From NCBI RefSeq assembly GCF_000142905.1, contig NW_013657618.1, positions 124,001-188,000 of the forward strand: a stretch of DNA of 64,000 bases. Reading direction: 5' to 3'. This DNA is from Thecamonas trahens ATCC 50062 (lineage: Eukaryota; Protista; Apusomonadida). A program made the translations under genes and the position numbers. This document shows positions 46,939 through 57,480 of this stretch, piece after piece; the first letter of the stretch is position 1; every line of letters starts with the position of its first letter. Under the pieces are notes generated by a model. That model saw only the letters and a program-made list of their open reading frames with translations, had not been told where the DNA came from and made no database searches.

Positions 46939-49900
46939 TCACCAGTACTTGGAGAGCGAGTGGCCGAGAACAGCCTCGATCATCTTGACCAGCTCTGCAG
47001 TCTTGCGTTCGACATCGGAATCGTCGTCCTCGGTAAGTTCGGCGAGGAAGGGGACGGTTTCCGGGAGGAGGATGAGGTAGTCGGACTCGAGGAGGGCGTA
47101 GAGGCGGATGAGGACCTCGACGACGACGAGGCGGATGGCTGGGTTGGGCGAGCGGGTCTGCATGAGCAGCTCAAAGTTGAACGGCTTCCACCAGGCGTCG
47201 TTGGAGACGCAAACCATGAGCTCGCCGACGGCGTCGACAAAGAGGCGGTGAACGTCGCCGCGCTCGGACGCGACGCGCGGGACGAGGGCGACGAGCAGCG
47301 GGTAGAGCTCGTTGTACCGCTCGCGGTTCATCATGCCATCAGCGTCGTAGCGGAAGACCCGCTTGAGGAGGCGGAGGGCGAGCTCGAGCTCGCGGGCCGA
47401 CGACGTGTCACCGCTACTGTGGACGACGGCCTTGGCCTTGGCTGCCGTCTTGCGGCGCTTTTTGCCGCGACTCGCCTCGTCGGCGTCGGCGTCGGCGTCG
47501 TTGCCGCGCTTGAGCACCTCGACGACGACAGCCATGAACGACGGGACGTAGGGGACAAAGATCGACTTGAGCGCACCGGCGAGGGCGGCGAGGAACGAGA
47601 GGAAGGTCTCGGTCCGGGCGCCGCGCTCGGCCCAAGTGCAGAGCTTGACAAAGAGCGGCTTGAAGGTCTTCTCGTTGAGGCGGAGGACGAGCCGAACGAG
47701 CGTGGCGAGGAGGCCTTCCCGGGTGTCGTCGGCGAGCGCGGGCGCGTCCGAGGCGTCGAGGACAAAGTCAAAGACGTCGGGAGCAACCTCGAAGACCCGC
47801 TTCTTGGGCATGTGCTCGAGGGCAACGCCGAGGACCTCGAGGATGGCGACGGCGGCGGCCGGCGAGTCGGCGCGGGCAAAGGCGGCAAAGAGGGCTGGAA
47901 TGAGCTGGCGCGGTGGGACCTGCTTGCCAAACACCCGCAGGACGCGGACGCCCTTGGAGCTGCCAAGATGGTAGTCCGAGGTGAGCGCGGTGAGCAGCGG
48001 GATGAGGTACGGGTTGAGGAAGGCATGCAGCTGGGCCACAACCATCTCCACGGCGGTGAGGAGCGCCTCCTGGAAGTGCTTGGCCATGGCCGGCTCGGCG
48101 ACGGCGTCCGGGCCAGCCTGCAGAGCGGCGACGAGCCACGGGAGGAGAACCGGGACCTGGGCGAGGACCTTGACGCCGAGGGTGGCGGTGAGCGAGGCGA
48201 CGCAGAGGAGGGCCGACATGTGAACTCCGCCCGAGCTGCCGGCCTCGCCGGTCAGCTGGCCGACCACCAGCGGGAGGACCTCGCCAAAGGCCTCGCGCGA
48301 GACGTGGCCAAAGGCGCGAGTGACGATCGAGAGCGAGAAGAGCGCGTTCTGGACCGCCGACTCGGACGTCGACTGCGAGATTAGCTCGCCGAGCTGTGGG
48401 ACGGTGGCCACAAAGCTCGCCTGCTCGTCCGAGGTAAACTCGCCCTTCTCGCGCTCGATCTTGGCGTTGAAGAGCTCGAGTGCAGACTGCTGGATGAGCA
48501 CGTCGTCCGAGGCAAAGAGCGCCGAGGTGACCTCAAGGAACTGCTCGACCGAGAGCAGCGAGTTGAGCTGGTCGAGCACGTTGACTGCCCGGCCGTAGAG
48601 CTCGCTCCAGGTGACAGCGAGCGCCTTGTCGCCGGCCTTGGTCCCGCTCCGGGCCTGGTGAACAAGCTCGAGACCACGGCCAAAGAGCGAGCGATAGAGC
48701 GCCTGCAGTGCAGCCTCGAGCTCGTCGCGCGAGAGATCGCGGGCCTCGGCCGAGTCGACGACGTCGACCAGGGCCTCGAGGAACTCGTCGAGCGCCACAA
48801 ACTCGCCCACAAACCGGGTCATGCCGAGCTTGAGCGCCAGGCCATCGTCAAAGCTGTGCTTGGTGTAGTCGAATGCGGCCGAGCCGCCACCGACCATAGC
48901 AACCTCGCCACGGTGGAGAGCGGCAGCGTCGTCGTCGGCCTCGGCCTCGGCCGCCATCCGGGCCGAGTTGTACTCGGCCTTGGTGGAGGGAAGCGCGTGG
49001 ACAACGTCGAGAACTTGTGCGAGCGAGTTGAGAGCAGTGAGCGGGTGGAACTCGAGGAGCAGCGCCGATGTCATGTCCCAAAACGCGCCGGCCTCGTCGC
49101 CCGAGCCCGACGTGGCTTTGAGCACAAAGTAGAGGGCGAGGAAGGTGAGCGCCGAGCCGCCGATGGTCTCGACGAGGACGCGGTAGAGGAACCGCTGGCG
49201 GTGCTGCGGAATGTAGCCAAAAGCATCGCCAAAGATGACTAGGATACCCGAGGCGTCCAGGCCGACTTCGAGGAGCGGCGGGAGCACCTGGCGGAGCGTG
49301 GCCTCGATGACCGAGTAGGTGTACGCGTCGTCGCGCTTGACCGCTGACGAGCCCATAAAGGCAAATACCGGCATGATGGTGTGGAGGACCCGCTCCGGCA
49401 CAATGCGGGCGAGCTTGGCCAGGAGCTGCAGCGCATGAGTGTGAGTCGCTGGCGACGAGCTCTGCGATCGGAGGACGGCAACAACGATCTGGATGTCAAA
49501 GTATTGTGCGAGCGCCGACAGAGCCGCCTCGTCGCCGACCACCTCATCCTGCTCCAGCGAGAGCCGGAGCGCGCGGAGGAGGAGCTGCTTGGTGTACTCG
49601 CCGTCGAACGAGGCACCCGAGCTCGCGCTGCTCGCTGAGCTGGACGAGAGTAGCGACGAGAGGTGGTGGAAGAGGACCGGAACAAGGTGCGAGAAGCCGC
49701 TCACACCGCGGATTTCAAAGATCCACTCGAGGACCTTGGCGAGGGTGACAACCCGCCACGAGCCGGCCGGCTGACTCAGCTGGGCCTCGGCGTGACCAGG
49801 CTCGGCGTCAGCGGAGCGGCGCGAGCGCTTGCGCGCCGAGCTCTCGGCGGCGTCATCATCGCCGTCGAGAGTGTCGAGAGCGGTCGAAGCGTCAGCAGCC

Positions 49901-52900
49901 GAGCGCTCGGCGGCCCGCATGAGCGCCTCGAGGAGCGGCGCGGAGAGGACGAGCGAGTGGAGGAGGGCGAGGATGGCGCGCGGGACGACAATGTGCGCGT
50001 CGGCTGCGTCGAGTTGGCCGGCCTTGGCGCGCGAGTTGGCGATGATGAGGGCGTGAACAACGGCGACGCGCTGAGAGTCAGAGGGCAGCTCGTCAAGGAC
50101 CTGCTGTGAGAGTACGTTGACGGCAGCGGCGACAACAGCGGCCGACGACGCGGCCGAGAAGAGAGTGACAAACGGCTCCGGGTCCGAGCCGAGAAGCTGT
50201 GGGACGCCGGGCGCGCCGAGCATGTCAAGCGACTCGACGAGGAGGAGCTCCGACGACGCGTCCCACTCGGTGTTCTGCGAGGCCTTGCCCGCAAGCTGGC
50301 CGAGGAGCTTGGAGCCACCCGAGGCATAGACGAGCGACGAGCGCGAGGCGATCATGATCCGGACCAGAACAGCCTGCGCGACAGGGTGGGCGACAGCCGG
50401 CTGAGAGCCGAGCATGGCCGAGAAGAGAGTGGTGATCCAAGCCTTGAGGCGAGCCTCGGCGGTCTTGCGGCCCTTCTTGCCGGCCGACTTGGCGACGGTG
50501 TTGGCGGCGGCGTCGGCAAAGATTCGCCCGAGGACGCCGCCGTCGGCGGCAATCTCGCCGGAGCGGGCAATGACCGCGTCGGCGAGGGCGGCGATGGGGG
50601 CAAGCGCCTTGGCTTGCTTGGCGGTGACTGCGGCACCCGCCGGCGGCTTTGCAATGGCAGCGGCGACTGCGGCAAAGGCCGAGACAGCGAGGCTGCGGAC
50701 CGGGGCAAAAGCTGAGGCGGCGGCAATGAGGAGATGCGCGACAAGGCCAGAGAGGAGCGACGGCGACTTGGGCGAGAACTTGGCCGAGACCAGACCAGCC
50801 GCGGCGGCCGGTGCCTGGAGAAGGGCGAGGACGTGGTTGACAGCGCGGATGTGGACGAGCTGGAGTGACGAGCGCGAGGCACGCGGGTCGATGCCGACAA
50901 GACTTGGTAGCTGAAGCGGCGCGTGGAGGAACGGAAGCGCATCAGCGAGAGCGCCGGAGGGCGCGGCGCGAGTGAGGAGGACGGCGACAAGAACGAGGTG
51001 GAGACGCGGAGGGAGGGTGGCGCAGACCACGACAAAGATTGGCGCGAGCGACGGGCCGTCGGCCACTTCGGCGACAGCGCGGAGGACCGAGGCGGCGAGA
51101 AGAGCGCGGGCCTTGCGCCAGCCGGAGCGGTGGGAGGCAAGAGCAGTACGGACGAGGGCACCGAGGCGGCCAGTGGCCGAGCCGCGGGGCAGATCGTCTT
51201 CGGTCAGAGCATCAAGCGAGGCAAGCGCGAGGTTCGGGGTGACGGTCTCGCGGACGAGCGCGAGGACCTGCGGGAGGAGGGTGGTGGCAAGATGCGGGCG
51301 CGGGAGCGCTGCAGCCTCGGCGGGCGAGTCGGCGCTGAGGAGGGCGAGGCGGGTCCGCTCGAGGGTGACAATCGAGGCGGCAAGGAGAAGCGGGAGGGCC
51401 GACCAGGCTAGCGGCGAGGCAACGCCCGATGCCGCAGACGAGAGAGTAGCCGCGAGGCGCGGCGAGTCGGCGAGGCCGGACGCGAGACCAGCGAGGAGCA
51501 CAGCGTAGACATCGTCGAGAGCGGCCGAGTCCGCCACCTTGGGCGGGGACTTGGCAGCCTTGCGGAGCGAGGCATGCGTGGTGAGGCCGGCAAACTCGGG
51601 GAGAGCGCCAGCATCGGCGAGAGCCATGGCGGCGGCAAGAGCAGCAGAAAACGAGGCCGGCGACTTGGTGGTGGCGGCGAGATGGGCGGCGACGAGCTGG
51701 AAAGCAACAAGCAGCGTGCCCTGCGACTCGTCCTCGGACTCGAGCTCAACAAGGGCATCGGGCGCGAGGCGCGAGGCCGAGTCGGCGAGGGCGGCAAGGG
51801 CGGCAACAACGACAGACCGGGTGTCGGCCGACGACCAGGCCGATGGCGGCGAGGCCAGAAGGGCGGCGATGGTTGCGACGAGCTCGGTGATGGGGACGAG
51901 GGCGGTGATCGGGGCGGCGGCGAGGGCGGCTGCGACGATGGACGGCTCCGGATCGGCGAGCGCGGAGCGGAGGGTGTCCTGCACAAAGGCGCGCTCCTTG
52001 GCGTCGGGTGAGTCGTCATCGGCGGCAAGGAGGTCGGCGAGGCGGTCGTCGGTGGTGAGGAGGTCAGCGAGCTGGACAAGGGCGTCGACGCGGAGCGAAG
52101 TCGAGCCGGAGTTGAGCGCGTAGTACAACGAGCCGGAGCCAACCTGGGAGACGCGGAGCGAGGACGGCATGGCAAGGTCGAGCCAGGCGGAGAGCGTCTG
52201 CGGAGCGGCGGCATCCGAGGAGCGGGCGCGGGCCATGGCGGCGTCGAGGGCAAGCTCAAAGGCGGAGCCGAAGCGGAGTGAGAAGAGCGAGATGACGGCG
52301 GTGAGGTCGGTGGCAAGCTTTGGCGCGACGGCTGACGGCGGCGCGGCGGCGAGGGCGTCAAAGAGCGGGTCGAGAAGCGAGGTGGTGGCCGCCGACGAGA
52401 GGGCCGGAAAGAGCGATGCGACGTCGGAGAGGAGCGGGGTGATTTGCGAGGCCAAGTCGGCGGCGTCGGGCATGGCGTTGGTGAGGGCGGCGGCGTAGAC
52501 GTCGACGCACGAGGCGAGGAGCGGGAAGGCGAGGGCTGTGGCCAGCTCAAGCGAGCCGCCCGACGCCGAGGCGATGGCCACGAGGTGGGTGGCGACAGAG
52601 CCTGCGCCGATGGCGCGGTCGGCGTGGAGGAGGGCGCGGGTAGCGTCGAGAGGAAGGCGGCGGACGCCCTGAGTCCCACACACCACAGCCAGGGTGTGCA
52701 TGGCGTAGCGGGCGTGGGCCGAGGGCACCGCGGCAGCGAGGAGGGTGAGGAACGGCTCGAGGACGGTGAGAGCCAGCGTGGTTCGGGCCGAGATCTGGGC
52801 GAGGAGCATAAAGGCCGCGAGCTGCAGGTCCGGGACGGCCGAGGTGGCGGCGGTGACGACCGAGGGGAGGAGGACGCCGAGCTTGCGCTCCGAGAGGCGC

Positions 52901-53640
52901 TGCGACGAACCCGCAATGCCGGAGAGGAGCGAGAGGAAGAATGAGGCACCGATGGACCAATCGGGAACGAAAGAGAGGACGTGGGTGACGGCCGAGGCAA
53001 TCCAGTTGAGGGTGGCGAGGTCCTTGACCAGCCACTTGAGCAGGTTAGCGCGCTGCAGCGGGACGCCGCTCCGCTTGACGCCAACAAGCCAGGCAAAGTC
53101 GAGCGAGGCGTGATGAAGACGCAGCGGCGAGGCGGCCGAGGTCAGGTTGCCGGCCGAGCCCGATGAGCCACCCAGATTGAGGACCATGACGAGGCGGGCA
53201 AAGAGCGGAGTGGCGTGATAGGGGAGATAGGCACCGACGAGGGCGGCGACGTTGTGGGTATGGATAGAGTAGCGACGGATGAGGAACTCGAGGACTTTTC
53301 CGGTTGATTTGAGGAGAAAGTACGGCGCGGTGAGAGCGATAAACTCCTCGAGATGACCATCGAGTTCATCGGCTTGTTCCTGCGTCAGCAGCGAGCGACG
53401 AAGCGGGGTCAGCTCTCGGGGAAAGAGCACGGCTTCAAACTTTGCCAGACGAGGTTCAATGCGAACAAGTGCCGCGAGACCATTGGTGGCCAGAAAATGA
53501 AGCGAGGCGAGGTCCACATCAGCCGCCTGCCGCATGGTGAAGAGGAACGAGGTGTACACCGGCACGCCCGACTTGCCCTCCCGCGAGTGGAGGTCACGCG
53601 GCCGGAGCGCCTTGAGCTGCTTGGCGAGATTGGACGACAT
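46939..53640 (-). CDS. HEATR1: HEAT repeat-containing protein 1 / U3 snoRNP UTP10
   Basis: N-terminus MSSNLAKQL..SFLF..AAD, KVLEFLIRRY and LPYHAT..F. Middle HTIMPVFAFMG..RDDAYT and IPQHR. BP28CT-like RLNEKTFKPLF, LKSIFVPY and LLPETVPFLAELTEDD. Confidence 0.95.
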   Translation of the reverse strand: MSSNLAKQLKALRPRDLHSREGKSGVPVYTSFLFTMRQAADVDLASLHFLATNGLAALVRIEPRLAKFEAVLFPRELTPLRRSLLTQEQADELDGHLEEFIALTAPYFLLKSTGKVLEFLIRRYSIHTHNVAALVGAYLPYHATPLFARLVMVLNLGGSSGSAGNLTSAASPLRLHHASLDFAWLVGVKRSGVPLQRANLLKWLVKDLATLNWIASAVTHVLSFVPDWSIGASFFLSLLSGIAGSSQRLSERKLGVLLPSVVTAATSAVPDLQLAAFMLLAQISARTTLALTVLEPFLTLLAAAVPSAHARYAMHTLAVVCGTQGVRRLPLDATRALLHADRAIGAGSVATHLVAIASASGGSLELATALAFPLLASCVDVYAAALTNAMPDAADLASQITPLLSDVASLFPALSSAATTSLLDPLFDALAAAPPSAVAPKLATDLTAVISLFSLRFGSAFELALDAAMARARSSDAAAPQTLSAWLDLAMPSSLRVSQVGSGSLYYALNSGSTSLRVDALVQLADLLTTDDRLADLLAADDDSPDAKERAFVQDTLRSALADPEPSIVAAALAAAPITALVPITELVATIAALLASPPSAWSSADTRSVVVAALAALADSASRLAPDALVELESEDESQGTLLVAFQLVAAHLAATTKSPASFSAALAAAMALADAGALPEFAGLTTHASLRKAAKSPPKVADSAALDDVYAVLLAGLASGLADSPRLAATLSSAASGVASPLAWSALPLLLAASIVTLERTRLALLSADSPAEAAALPRPHLATTLLPQVLALVRETVTPNLALASLDALTEDDLPRGSATGRLGALVRTALASHRSGWRKARALLAASVLRAVAEVADGPSLAPIFVVVCATLPPRLHLVLVAVLLTRAAPSGALADALPFLHAPLQLPSLVGIDPRASRSSLQLVHIRAVNHVLALLQAPAAAAGLVSAKFSPKSPSLLSGLVAHLLIAAASAFAPVRSLAVSAFAAVAAAIAKPPAGAAVTAKQAKALAPIAALADAVIARSGEIAADGGVLGRIFADAAANTVAKSAGKKGRKTAEARLKAWITTLFSAMLGSQPAVAHPVAQAVLVRIMIASRSSLVYASGGSKLLGQLAGKASQNTEWDASSELLLVESLDMLGAPGVPQLLGSDPEPFVTLFSAASSAAVVAAAVNVLSQQVLDELPSDSQRVAVVHALIIANSRAKAGQLDAADAHIVVPRAILALLHSLVLSAPLLEALMRAAERSAADASTALDTLDGDDDAAESSARKRSRRSADAEPGHAEAQLSQPAGSWRVVTLAKVLEWIFEIRGVSGFSHLVPVLFHHLSSLLSSSSASSASSGASFDGEYTKQLLLRALRLSLEQDEVVGDEAALSALAQYFDIQIVVAVLRSQSSSPATHTHALQLLAKLARIVPERVLHTIMPVFAFMGSSAVKRDDAYTYSVIEATLRQVLPPLLEVGLDASGILVIFGDAFGYIPQHRQRFLYRVLVETIGGSALTFLALYFVLKATSGSGDEAGAFWDMTSALLLEFHPLTALNSLAQVLDVVHALPSTKAEYNSARMAAEAEADDDAAALHRGEVAMVGGGSAAFDYTKHSFDDGLALKLGMTRFVGEFVALDEFLEALVDVVDSAEARDLSRDELEAALQALYRSLFGRGLELVHQARSGTKAGDKALAVTWSELYGRAVNVLDQLNSLLSVEQFLEVTSALFASDDVLIQQSALELFNAKIEREKGEFTSDEQASFVATVPQLGELISQSTSESAVQNALFSLSIVTRAFGHVSREAFGEVLPLVVGQLTGEAGSSGGVHMSALLCVASLTATLGVKVLAQVPVLLPWLVAALQAGPDAVAEPAMAKHFQEALLTAVEMVVAQLHAFLNPYLIPLLTALTSDYHLGSSKGVRVLRVFGKQVPPRQLIPALFAAFARADSPAAAVAILEVLGVALEHMPKKRVFEVAPDVFDFVLDASDAPALADDTREGLLATLVRLVLRLNEKTFKPLFVKLCTWAERGARTETFLSFLAALAGALKSIFVPYVPSFMAVVVEVLKRGNDADADADEASRGKKRRKTAAKAKAVVHSSGDTSSARELELALRLLKRVFRYDADGMMNRERYNELYPLLVALVPRVASERGDVHRLFVDAVGELMVCVSNDAWWKPFNFELLMQTRSPNPAIRLVVVEVLIRLYALLESDYLILLPETVPFLAELTEDDDSDVERKTAELVKMIEAVLGHSLSKYW

Positions 53641-54015
53641 GATGTTGGGTGGAGAGGTTCCCGGTGGTGGTGGGGTGGTTGGGCGGTGGTGGTGGTAGGA
53701 GGTGGAGGAGGGAGAGTGAGGTAGTGGTGGGGGAGGGTGTGGGTGGTGCGTTGATGGCGGATGCGGTGATGGATGGAGAGAAAGGGGTCGGTGTGGGGGG
53801 TGGGGGTGAAGGTGTAAAATTTGTAGATGGTGGTGGTAGCCAGACGGTGCAGAACATGGTAGCAGACTCAATGCTTCCGCTGGATGTGGTGGGCGGAGGT
53901 CGGCACGGTGTGACGGTGGTATCAGACGGGGCGATGTAGTTGATCTCGGTGGCGGTGGGGACGTGAGCTACGGGACCGGCTTCTCGTTTACCGACGCAGC
54001 CGGAGACCGGCCAGC

Positions 54016-56136
54016 TCACATGGCGTTGCCGGCGCCGTCGCGGCCGGCCTTGGAGGTTACCATGACGCGGATGGCGCCTTCTGCGACGAGGGCGATGGCA
54101 GCCGAGTTGTGGCCACCGGCGTAGTGGGAAGAGGAGAAGATGGTGATGACCTGGGCAGACTTGGCGTAGGAGACGCCAAGGCTCGGGGCTTGGTGGGCGC
54201 GGATGATGTGCGAGCAGCCCGAGGTGGCGAGGAAGGCGGCGACGGCGTCGTGACCAAAGACGGCGGTGCCGCCACCGCGATCGCTGGGCGCAAAGCCGTG
54301 CGGAAAGCCCGGGGCGGGCGCAGCGGCGAGCTCGGTCTCATCTTCGGCCGGGTCGGACCAGAGGAGGTCCATTGCGGCAACAAGGCCCGCAGCGGGCGCG
54401 TCGGCCGGAGAGTCGGCTGTCAGTTCGGCGGCGACGGTGTCGTCCATGATGGAGGCGATGGCATCGGCGGAGAGCGGGCGCGGGAGGGCGGCGATGGCAG
54501 CGAGCGGGTCGTCACCGCAGGTCCGCGGAATGCCGCCGTGGACAGCAAAGATGCGCGAGTTGATGACAGCGGCGAGCGGCATGGTCTCGCATACCGAGTT
54601 GAGCTCGGTCCAGAGAGCCTCGCCGCGCGACTCGGAGCCGAGAAGCTCGTGGCACTGGGCACGGAACGATCCGTCTTCGTAGACTTCGATGTCACCGTTG
54701 ATGTCAGCGAGCTCGTGGTTGCCACGGAGGGCCACCACGTGCTGCGGATACGCGGTGGCGAGGGCGAGGACAAAGGCAAGGGTCTCGACCGAGTGCGGGC
54801 CGCGGTCAACGTAGTCGCCGAGAAACAGGATCTTGGCCGGGCACATGGGGACGCCGGCGCCCCAAAAGGTTCGTGCGAAAAAGGCAAGGTCCGAGTAGTT
54901 GCCGTGCAAGTCGCCGAGGACGTAGACCGGGTCCGGGAGCGAGACGAGCGACGGATGGGTGAGCATGGTGGCGCGCGCGCCGGGGACGAGACGGCGGAGC
55001 ATGAGGATAAAGGCCTCGCGTTCGCCGTCGGAGCGCCAGCCGTGCGACGGCTCGTCCCAGGCACCGCCGGTGCCACCGCCGTCGGCAAGCGGGAGAAAGG
55101 CGTCACCGAGGAGCGAGAGCACAGCCTCAGCCACCTCCTTGGCTGCGCTCAGCGCGTCGGGCTGGGCGCCGAGCGCCGATGAGGCAAACACTTCTTGTGT
55201 TGAGTGGGTAAAGTTGCGCGTGGGGAGGGTCCGGCGCTCACGGACCATGCCCGATGCCTCGAGCACATGGTAAGTTGGCGAGACCGAGTACTCGGCGGAC
55301 GGGGCCGGGGCCGACTCAGCAGGCTCAGCAGGCTCGGACGCGGGCGGTGCAGGCTGCAGCGCCGGCAACGGCGACGACGCCATGAGCGCGTAGATGGCAA
55401 GCGTGTAGACGGTGAGGCCGGCGGTAGCGCCAAGCGCCATGGTGGGAGGATCAAGAGCATCGGTGACGTGACAGATGGCCAGCCAGGCGCCGAGCGCGCC
55501 GGCCACCGTCAGTGAGACCGTCAGCGGCAGCAAGGCTTTGACTGGTCGCACCGATGAAGCTAGCCGGTCCGGACCCAGGTGATGTTGACCTGCCTCTCCC
55601 GTCACCGCCGCATCGGACTTGCTCTGCTGCATCCGAACCGGCGAGTCGGCGATGGAGAGCTCGGACATGCGCATGGCCTCGAACGAGTGGCCCTCAAACG
55701 AGACCGATGCCTCTCGCAGGACGCTGTCATTGGGTGAGAGCGAGGTGGTGGTGTCGGTGGGGAGTGGCAGAGGTGGAGGCGATGAGGGAGATGATGACAG
55801 AGAAGAGCTCTCGGTAGAGCATGAGCTCTCGATCGACTCGTCGAGTGATGACAAGATTGGTTTGGTGGTTGTGGTTGTGGTTGTGGCGGCGGCTTCAGCT
55901 TCAGCTTCAGTGACTGCGTCATGGACAATGTCGATGAGGGTGGCCTTGCGGGCTTTGGAGGGGAAGGTGATCTGGGTGCGGGAGGAAGGAGGGGCGGTGA
56001 GCGGGGTTGAGCGGGGGGGGGGGGGGGGGGGGAGGGGGGAATGGGAGAGGGTGCGTACATGGTGCTTCTTCAACCATGTCTTCAGCTGCTTCACTGTGTG
56101 CTGCTCTGGTGCTCGTGCCACAGCTGTCTGCTCCAT
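54016..56136 (-). CDS. PPP-family Ser/Thr phosphatase with N-terminal HeH/LEM-like domain and two transmembrane helices; exons 56136-56059 and 55971-54016
   Basis: PPP motifs GDLHG, GDYVDRG, LRGNHE, HGG, DLLWSDP, IIRAHQ and ITIFSS. The spliced N-terminus reads TVKQLKTWLKKHHITFPSKARKATLIDIV. Two hydrophobic helices lie at ~55530-55380. Confidence 0.85.
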   Translation of the reverse strand: MEQTAVARAPEQHTVKQLKTWLKKHHVRTLSHSPLPPPPPPRSTPLTAPPSSRTQITFPSKARKATLIDIVHDAVTEAEAEAAATTTTTTTKPILSSLDESIESSCSTESSSLSSSPSSPPPLPLPTDTTTSLSPNDSVLREASVSFEGHSFEAMRMSELSIADSPVRMQQSKSDAAVTGEAGQHHLGPDRLASSVRPVKALLPLTVSLTVAGALGAWLAICHVTDALDPPTMALGATAGLTVYTLAIYALMASSPLPALQPAPPASEPAEPAESAPAPSAEYSVSPTYHVLEASGMVRERRTLPTRNFTHSTQEVFASSALGAQPDALSAAKEVAEAVLSLLGDAFLPLADGGGTGGAWDEPSHGWRSDGEREAFILMLRRLVPGARATMLTHPSLVSLPDPVYVLGDLHGNYSDLAFFARTFWGAGVPMCPAKILFLGDYVDRGPHSVETLAFVLALATAYPQHVVALRGNHELADINGDIEVYEDGSFRAQCHELLGSESRGEALWTELNSVCETMPLAAVINSRIFAVHGGIPRTCGDDPLAAIAALPRPLSADAIASIMDDTVAAELTADSPADAPAAGLVAAMDLLWSDPAEDETELAAAPAPGFPHGFAPSDRGGGTAVFGHDAVAAFLATSGCSHIIRAHQAPSLGVSYAKSAQVITIFSSSHYAGGHNSAAIALVAEGAIRVMVTSKAGRDGAGNAM

Positions 56137-56533
56137 GCCGGTGGCCAGTGGCTTTTGGCGCCAAAAGTTCGCGCGACGAGTGTCTGTCCGGAATGGTGAT
56201 TCGGACAATGGCGTGACCTGGGACAGCTCATGCCCGACTCGGCAACCGGTGGGCAGGCTTGGTTGGGTGTGGTCATGACGGCTGATGTGCCTGGATCTGC
56301 GCGGTGGCGTGCAGGTGATCGTCGACATGATGCCGGGGATGTTCGGGCTCATAGTGTACAGCTCGGCCCAGAAAGGGACCGGACTCGGATCGGCCTGCGC
56401 ATGACCCGCGCCTCGTCTGCGCCTCGTCTGGACATGTACAGAAGTGGCCTGACAGGGGGAGGACGGTGGGTGGGCGGCGGTGGTGGCGGTGGCGGCGGGC
56501 GGGCGGCAGGCGGGCGGCAGGCGGCGGGCGCTA

Positions 56534-57409
56534 CTATTTCTGCGACTGGTTGTAGACAACGAGGAGCATGACGAGGAAGACCATGAGGAGAATAAGATAC
56601 ATGCACATCTTGTCCTTGCCGACCTTCTTGAGGATCTTGGACAGGCGCTTGTTCGAGTTGCGGATGTGCTCTGTGACCTCGGCAGCACGACGGTTTGTCT
56701 CGTCGAGCATGATGTTCTGGCGGTCCAGCTCGCCACCCATCTCAACGGCAATGTCGCGGAGGGTGGCAACGCCGTCGGCAATGGCGTCGAGCTCCTGGTC
56801 GATGTCCTCGTTGCGGGCCTCAATCCGCATCAACGCCGCCTCGACTTCTTCATCATCGATGGGCGCCAGCTGCGACATGGTCGGGTCGTCCGGAAGCTCT
56901 GCCGCGCCGTTGCGGCCCGAGCGCGAGCCTGCAACGCCGACACCCGCGGCAGCAGCCCCCGCCATCAGGCGGGACCTGTTGTCGCGGTCGACCTTTGAGG
57001 TATACCTCCGCTTCTCTAGCCGCTTGCACTCGCGCAGGTGCTCCTTGACCACCTTGAGCTGATCGCCACGAAGGGCCAGCTCTTCGCGCTTGTCTTCGCT
57101 GGGAGACTTGCCAGCCTTCTTCTTCTCGGCCTTGAACAGCTCCTCTAGCTCATTGACCTCAGCCTCGACCTTGACCAGATCCCTTCGAATACGAGAACCA
57201 AGCTCAATGGTGCTCGGGGCAGCAGCAACGGCAGAGCCCAGCAGCTGGTCCCGCTCTTTGAGCGACTCGCGAATGGCTCTCAGCTCGTTGGCAATGGTCT
57301 TCTTCTTGCTCCGGAACGGGGTCGCCTGCGCCCGCTTGGCCTGCTTTCGTCGCAACTCTACAGAGCATTCCTCCTCTATGTACCGCAGCTTGCCAAGGAG
57401 GACGTTCAT
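56534..57409 (-). CDS. Qc-type t-SNARE (SYP7/syntaxin-like) with C-terminal TM anchor
   Basis: Helical N-domain, SNARE motif IDQELDAIADGVATLRDIAVEMGGELDRQNIMLD with a Q layer, and TM MCMYLILLMVFLVMLLVVY. Confidence 0.88.
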   Translation of the reverse strand: MNVLLGKLRYIEEECSVELRRKQAKRAQATPFRSKKKTIANELRAIRESLKERDQLLGSAVAAAPSTIELGSRIRRDLVKVEAEVNELEELFKAEKKKAGKSPSEDKREELALRGDQLKVVKEHLRECKRLEKRRYTSKVDRDNRSRLMAGAAAAGVGVAGSRSGRNGAAELPDDPTMSQLAPIDDEEVEAALMRIEARNEDIDQELDAIADGVATLRDIAVEMGGELDRQNIMLDETNRRAAEVTEHIRNSNKRLSKILKKVGKDKMCMYLILLMVFLVMLLVVYNQSQK

Positions 57410-57422
57410 GGTGGAGGTGGAG

Positions 57423-57480
57423 GTGGGGTGGGGTGGGGTGGGGTGGGGTGGGGTGGGGTGGGGTGGGGTGGGGTGGGGTG
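57423..57480. repeat. (GGGGT)n pentamer run immediately 5' of the SNARE start
   Basis: About 11 perfect ggggt units. Confidence 0.95.

Noticed and set aside
57423-57480. (GGGGT)n as an interstitial telomere
   Set aside because: Not TTAGGG-like, and it fits the general G/C tracts at gene 5' ends.
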